10,230 nt of DNA from Candidatus Bruticola sp. GTDB lineage: Bacteria > Vulcanimicrobiota > Xenobia > Xenobiales > Xenobiaceae. This document shows positions 6,501-10,230 of the stretch, in pieces (positions within the stretch are counted from its first letter, which is position 1; every line of letters begins with the position of its first letter). A model generated the notes under the pieces. The model was not told where the DNA came from. It did no database searches and saw nothing but the letters and a program-made list of their open reading frames with translations. A program made the translations under genes and the position numbers. The DNA lies in contig JBJEGD010000021.1 of assembly GCA_051874735.1 (NCBI GenBank), forward strand, positions 1 to 10,230, given 5' to 3'.

Positions 6501-9500
6501 TGACCGCGGGCGAACTGTTTAATTTCATCGCGGGTGTTGCTGTCCAGAGAGTTACCAAACATAGACATAAAAGAATTAATTTGCGTATTCAGCTTTTTCT
6601 GCACGTAACTCAAAAAATTAAAGGGGAATAGATCTTGAGGGCGCGAGTTTAATTTATTGAGCACCACGCCCACTTTATCGGGCACGTCGCTCTCCTGCGC
6701 GCCGTCTCGAATCCAGGAGTCCATACAGAAAGCAATAAACTGACGCTCTAAAACGGCCGAAGCCTTCAGAAATATGTGGGGCGGCGCAACTTTACCATCT
6801 AACATTTCTAAAGGTTCAGAGTAAAAATAGAGGTCGTGAGGGCGAACCTGAGCGACAGCTAACACTAAAGAGTTGCCATCTTTGCGCCCCGCTCGTCCGG
6901 CGCGCTGCAGATACTGGCTCTGACCGGGCGGCACGTTGCAAAGAATTACGCTCGACAAATCGCCTATATCTATGCCCATTTCCAAAGTGGGCGTGCAGGA
7001 GAGTACATTAGTATCCCAACAACAGCGCACGTCTTTCTCGCGCTTAAAATCTTGTTCTAGATTTTCGCGAACGTTGCGTTCCAATAAGCCAGTATGCTCT
7101 TTAGCGTTGATGCGAGCTAAATCGCCTTCGCTGTAAAGCTGACCGTAAAAATTGGAGGAAGCCGAAATGTCAATTTGTAAGCTGCCACTGCATCTATCCC
7201 GGCGGCATATGGAACCTTCCCAAATGGCGGCATTATCTGGGGAAGCGGTATAAAGTAGGCCGCAACTCTGACAGCGCAGCTGCACCGGATCTTTTGAAAC
7301 GTAAATTTTATCTTTATTTAAAGCGTAAATGGCGTCGTTTTCAGCTGAGGCCATTCTGACAATTAACTGTTGTTCCACACAAGCTTCAATAATTACAAGA
7401 CAAATTTTGACAAAGTCTTCATCGCTTATCAGCTCTTCGCTGCTGCGTCGGCAATGGCGGAGCCATTTAGCGTAGCGGTTGTCGATATAACCCAATCTAT
7501 CGCAGGAGCGGCTGTATTTAAAATAGCTGTCATTATTTTTAAAATAAGCCGCAAAACGCGGTACATTGCGGTTTTTCTGGAGACCGGGCAGCCAATTTAT
7601 CTTCGAATTAGTCAGCAAATATTCATTAAAATATTTTTTACTCTTATTATTAAATACGTAAGAGTTAAAAACCGCATCGTTAAAAGCTCCGTTGCGCTTC
7701 ATAAGTTCGAGCAGGCCTAAAGTCATGACCTGAAAAGTGCGGCTACTTTCCGAAGTTAAAAGGCCTAATTCATTTTGAATTTGCTCCTGCACCTTGCGGG
7801 CGACTGCTTCAATGTCGCTATTGGCAAAAGCCAGTACGGAACAACCGGTTTTTTCTAAAGTGCGTCCGATACGCCCCATCAAACCGTATTCCAGCATTAT
7901 TTCGTATTTTAGACGCCTTTTAACATAATTAAGCAGTCTCTTATCTTCGTCTCTGAGCTCTTTATTGTTAGTATGAGTACTAAAATGGCGCTCTTTTACT
8001 AAGCGTTCATAAGAGCTCATCCAAGTCATATTAGGCGCGATAAAGTAGCCGACAAATTCGGCTTCGCTCAGTTTATTTTCCCAATATTTTATACATCCGT
8101 TTTGAAAATCGGTCAGTGAAAGTTGGTCTGCAGTTTGGTTACAGTAATGCTGTATGGCGGTGCGCAAACAGAAACGCCAAGTTCTAGCATTGAAAAACCC
8201 AGCCCGGTAAGCGGCGTCCTGCACGTTGTCGGAAAAGGCTAAAGTTTTTTTGTCGTCGTTAAACTTAGAAGCGAAAGCTTGGGAGATGATGGCGCTTATA
8301 GCCGTAGCCGACCGCAAACCGACTAAGGAAGTGCTGTTTTGACTGCCGCAGAAACAGCACTGAAGCTGTTTTGAGTCTCCGCCGTCATTCGCATTGCGAG
8401 TACCGTTTTTATAAATAGAGACTATAAAAACTTCGATTAACGGAGAGCCACAATGGGTGCATTTACTGATATTTTCACCCTTTTCTAAATGCAAACATTG
8501 GGGGCACAGATACCCTAAATCTCCGTTTACCGGTTTAGGCAATTGGCCCAACGGATACATTAAAATAACATTAGATTCCGCTTTAAAATATTGTTTATAA
8601 AAAAGACGCAAATCTTCAGGTACAAAGGCCCTCGTGCTAGTTTTTTCTAACAAAGAAGCCCAGCCGGTCATACCGCAAACTCGGCAGTTAACTACTGGTA
8701 AATACTTTTTTCTTTGTTGTTTGTTTAAATCGTCGTTTACAGCGTAAGTAATTTGATGGGCGTTTACTTCCGCTAACATGCGGCGCAATTCTCGTATCCA
8801 AATTTGTACCTGTACATACAAAAACGGACGCAACTGCCCAGGCCGACCAGAGCGAGCGTGGGAAATTAAGGCTAACAAAGAATCTAATAGAGAGCCAGGA
8901 CGGGGCAAATCGGCTAAATGCGGATAATAAGGAGCGAGCGCTTCAACAGTTTTTGACACTTGCCAATAGCGGCCGCCCGTAAATTTTAGCAGCGACTGCA
9001 TAAAGGCATGGTGCATCAGCAAGCCGGCTAATTCTAGGCGTCCTCCCTCTGTAAGTATATCGGCATGAGCTTGCGGAAACCACAATTTAAAAGCCGCCTG
9101 CAAATAGTCGGAAACTTCATCTTGTTTGGCCAAGTTTTCTAGTTCGGCTACTTGCTGACCGGTGGGTAAATCGCAAAATGTCGCTTCACAGTCGGCTAAA
9201 AATTCTTCTGCCCCCAGACGCTCTTCAGTAATTAAAGCGTCGTCGTCAAAATATTCTCCAAAAATTTCTTCAGCATAGTCTAAAATGCGGCGGGAATTGT
9301 CGTCTGCGCCCATAGTTGCGGAAGAGCCTATGCAGCATAAATAACCGTCGCGAATATTCAAACGATGCTTGAGACGGCGCAGCAGACAAGCTAAGTCAGT
9401 TCCTTGAGCTCCATCAAAAGTATGTATTTCGTCTACGACAATATATTTTAGAGTATCGCTTTGGTTATGGCGCCATAAGTTGGCATCATGAGGACGCACC

Positions 9501-10114
9501 AACAAATAATCGAGCATTTTGTAGTTGGTGAGCAAAATGTCGGGCGGATTTTGGAGCATAGTCTCATGATCGGTAATAATAGAGTGCTCGGCCATAGAGC
9601 GCGAGCCGGACTTCTTCTGTCCGCCTATGTATATACCGGCAGAAACGTTGCCTTTTAGTTCCGGACTGTGAAAAATTAGCCCAGCCAAACGTTTAGCCTG
9701 GTCGGAAGCCAAAGCGTTCATCGGATAAATGATCAAAGCTTTAATGCCCGGCTCACCGCGATGACGGTAACAATACTCTAAGATAGGATAAAGGAAACAT
9801 TCCGTTTTTCCCGATCCGGTGCTAGCAGTGATAACTGTGGAGCAGCCGTCATCGCTATTTAAGCGCTCAAAGGCTCGCTGCTGATGCAGATAAGGTTTAT
9901 AAGGCGGATGGAGCGAAACGAAAGGGTACTCTGCACTAGCCGCCGTCCGAAAAGGCAGGCGCACCGATATATAAGGTTCCCGATATATAGAGTTGGGCGT
10001 ATCGAGCATAGAGCGCAGCGAGCCTTTAAAAAGCTCGTTAGTCATGGGGAAAGTAGTTTCTAAATAATCTCGCAACCCTCGTTCTAAATGTTCGGCCAAG
10101 ATAGACGGCAGCAC
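3584..10114 (-). CDS. Large YprA/DruE-like SF2 DEAD/DEAH-box helicase with DUF1998 (Zn-binding) domain and C-terminal Vsr/DUF559-like endonuclease domain (2176 aa; ArmC/DruE-like defence helicase-nuclease)
   Basis: GTG start at 10114 with AAGGAGGAG upstream. Motifs: Q-motif PYLHQQRAF, Walker A TASTGSGKT (~9803-9829), Ia YPMNALA, Ib TNYKMLDYLL, II DEIH (9422-9433), III SAT, IV LAFSDNVQDAA, V TPTLEMGIDIG, VI QRAGRAGR (~6884-6907), LPNYAFP, DUF1998-type YDSVPGGTGY...CSC...GCYHCL (~5027-5175), then SELERRF...PDF...VAVFTDGFTYH...D..KR...RVW (~4530-4890). Confidence 0.93.
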   Translation of the reverse strand: MLPSILAEHLERGLRDYLETTFPMTNELFKGSLRSMLDTPNSIYREPYISVRLPFRTAASAEYPFVSLHPPYKPYLHQQRAFERLNSDDGCSTVITASTGSGKTECFLYPILEYCYRHRGEPGIKALIIYPMNALASDQAKRLAGLIFHSPELKGNVSAGIYIGGQKKSGSRSMAEHSIITDHETMLQNPPDILLTNYKMLDYLLVRPHDANLWRHNQSDTLKYIVVDEIHTFDGAQGTDLACLLRRLKHRLNIRDGYLCCIGSSATMGADDNSRRILDYAEEIFGEYFDDDALITEERLGAEEFLADCEATFCDLPTGQQVAELENLAKQDEVSDYLQAAFKLWFPQAHADILTEGGRLELAGLLMHHAFMQSLLKFTGGRYWQVSKTVEALAPYYPHLADLPRPGSLLDSLLALISHARSGRPGQLRPFLYVQVQIWIRELRRMLAEVNAHQITYAVNDDLNKQQRKKYLPVVNCRVCGMTGWASLLEKTSTRAFVPEDLRLFYKQYFKAESNVILMYPLGQLPKPVNGDLGYLCPQCLHLEKGENISKCTHCGSPLIEVFIVSIYKNGTRNANDGGDSKQLQCCFCGSQNSTSLVGLRSATAISAIISQAFASKFNDDKKTLAFSDNVQDAAYRAGFFNARTWRFCLRTAIQHYCNQTADQLSLTDFQNGCIKYWENKLSEAEFVGYFIAPNMTWMSSYERLVKERHFSTHTNNKELRDEDKRLLNYVKRRLKYEIMLEYGLMGRIGRTLEKTGCSVLAFANSDIEAVARKVQEQIQNELGLLTSESSRTFQVMTLGLLELMKRNGAFNDAVFNSYVFNNKSKKYFNEYLLTNSKINWLPGLQKNRNVPRFAAYFKNNDSYFKYSRSCDRLGYIDNRYAKWLRHCRRSSEELISDEDFVKICLVIIEACVEQQLIVRMASAENDAIYALNKDKIYVSKDPVQLRCQSCGLLYTASPDNAAIWEGSICRRDRCSGSLQIDISASSNFYGQLYSEGDLARINAKEHTGLLERNVRENLEQDFKREKDVRCCWDTNVLSCTPTLEMGIDIGDLSSVILCNVPPGQSQYLQRAGRAGRKDGNSLVLAVAQVRPHDLYFYSEPLEMLDGKVAPPHIFLKASAVLERQFIAFCMDSWIRDGAQESDVPDKVGVVLNKLNSRPQDLFPFNFLSYVQKKLNTQINSFMSMFGNSLDSNTRDEIKQFARGQDPEHTPMYRHIISAFEGLQIHQDSIRAKCIELKNSIKEYKEKPKDSSHDKTIRELQRRKDAFTNILRDLHKKNIFNFLSDEGVLPNYAFPEAGIILQAVLFRKDDDSDEEEALKATRLASTQATAPTTAAEKVSEGASAESQLDDLEQKVKKKSSRKKYEKLGYDYRRPASSAIAEFAPLNTFYAEGHRLNIDQVDLYTAKLEQWRLCPECAHGELNEESNHTSFCPKCGCRAWADKGQVRSMLKVRMVYSTMNCKDSLITDDSEDRLNTHYFRQLLVDVDEEHDIDKAYSMKNEDFPFGYEFVKKATLREINFGELGQIGNSLRVSGEEVGAAGFRVCLNCGKIQMGDKPNHTYECGLKNDIINSDNYMDCIFLYREFTTEVLRMLIPATTADSSSTKLESFTAAFMLGMKEYFGSIDQLRTAVSKVPADGGDSRKQYLVIYDSVPGGTGYLKQLMHEKTALIDIFNKALQVMENCSCKNDPNKDGCYHCLFAYSVSDHIKEISRAAAIRMLKSILSGQDNIEEINRLNSIKVESLFDSELERRFIEAVGIKVGVGNISDIVRNGKHCYRLNLNGIFWDIEPQVSLNNENWGVCEPCKPDFVFWPVCSSEDHKPVAVFTDGFTYHNNIAAEDTLKREAIRRSGHFRVWSLSYKDVQSVFSNQGTDYFTNALGELPSRASRIFAEQYSRKAQKLDLGKLYDLNSLDMLFEYLGQPRAEKSFGDYVRLLAYLLLDTRPGQNREKFVSWCQEFARVKEQTGFTGTEFQNDNAYYGTWIQRDCCSLSIYAGLLSERVKKGEVVVYAVLDDLAKRSSRFEQDWNGFWHCVNLMQFGFNFVGVSLKGLNEGIYEKLPIDSSRSEGSSGLQEEASEYNAWDPIIADQLFDEEAKEFATEARCLGIPAPNENDIGCDYSEKGGRKVAASIEIAWPDLKIGFMTEQQLKDKNVMEAQGWHIVLKASEAFQYFKEKLSHG
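3602..3607 (-). promoter_or_regulatory. Shine-Dalgarno site for the UvrD-like gene, embedded in the 3' end of the large helicase gene
   Basis: Minus strand reads TTT-AAGGAG-AAACTCAGCC-ATG(3591). Confidence 0.8.
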
Positions 10115-10122
10115 GGCGCCTG

Positions 10123-10131
10123 CTCCTCCTT
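10123..10131 (-). promoter_or_regulatory. Strong Shine-Dalgarno site for the large helicase gene
   Basis: Minus strand reads AAGGAGGAG-CAGGCGCC-GTG(10114), which supports the GTG start. Confidence 0.85.
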
Positions 10132-10168
10132 GCTAATAGTGGGCAAATAACTAAGTTTAACGATTAAA

Positions 10169-10230
10169 TTAAGTACGGTTCTTCCTTTGGGCAAAGAAAC
10201 GCCAGGCGGTGGCGTAATCTTGCAGACGGT
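10169..10230 (-). CDS. 3' end of upstream gene, probably a large N6-adenine DNA methyltransferase (Eco57I/DrmMI-like); 5'-partial
   Basis: Minus-strand frame reads xAC CGT CTG CAA GAT TAC GCC ACC GCC TGG CGT TTC TTT ... ACT TAA = (D/N/H/Y)RLQDYATAWRFFAQRKNRT*, stop at 10171-10169. As I recall, a DR-x-x-DY-x-x-AW-x-x-F tail ends the large methyltransferases found directly upstream of this class of DUF1998 helicase. Only 20 codons are visible, so the product call is tentative. Confidence 0.6.
   Translation of the reverse strand, partial: RLQDYATAWRFFAQRKNRT

Noticed and set aside
6936-7136. 66-aa plus-strand ORF
   Set aside because: Antisense to helicase motif V region; shadow ORF.
7370-7720. 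116-aa hydrophobic plus-strand ORF
   Set aside because: Antisense within the large helicase. Its hydrophobic, Ile/Phe/Lys-rich composition is explained by the local AT-richness, and there is no clear RBS.
3584-10114. Calling the large gene druE, drmA, brxHI or lhr
   Set aside because: It shares the family motifs, but the neighbouring genes do not match canonical Druantia, DISARM or BREX layouts within the window; no symbol assigned without a search.
10156-10168. Short AT-only inverted repeat TTTAA-CGA-TTAAA in the upstream intergenic gap
   Set aside because: Only 5-bp A/T arms, which is expected by chance in AT-rich spacer DNA and too weak for a terminator.
1-10230. CRISPR array, tRNA/rRNA, IS element or intein
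   Set aside because: No regularly spaced repeats, RNA-gene signatures, transposase motifs or intein splice motifs were seen, and the window is almost entirely covered by the four CDSs.

Overview
All real genes lie on the minus strand in one co-oriented cluster that looks like part of a bacterial anti-phage defence island. In transcription order (high to low coordinates): (1) the last ~20 codons of an upstream gene ending ...RLQDYATAWRFFAQRKNRT*, which resembles the C-terminus of the large N6-adenine DNA methyltransferases that precede such helicases; (2) a 2176-aa YprA/DruE-like SF2 (DEAD/DEAH) helicase with several Zn-binding Cys clusters, a DUF1998 domain and a C-terminal Vsr/DUF559-like nuclease domain; (3) a translationally coupled ~716-aa UvrD-like SF1 helicase with an N-terminal RelE/ParE-like domain (true start probably 3591); (4) an intergenic GC-rich hairpin; (5) a type I restriction-modification methyltransferase gene (hsdM), missing from the ORF track, which runs off the window at position 1. 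The order methylase / YprA helicase-nuclease / UvrD fits the DISARM/Druantia-related systems I recall being called ARMADA, here adjacent to a type I R-M locus. No RNA genes, CRISPR arrays or IS elements were seen. All domain calls come from reading motifs by eye, not from database searches.
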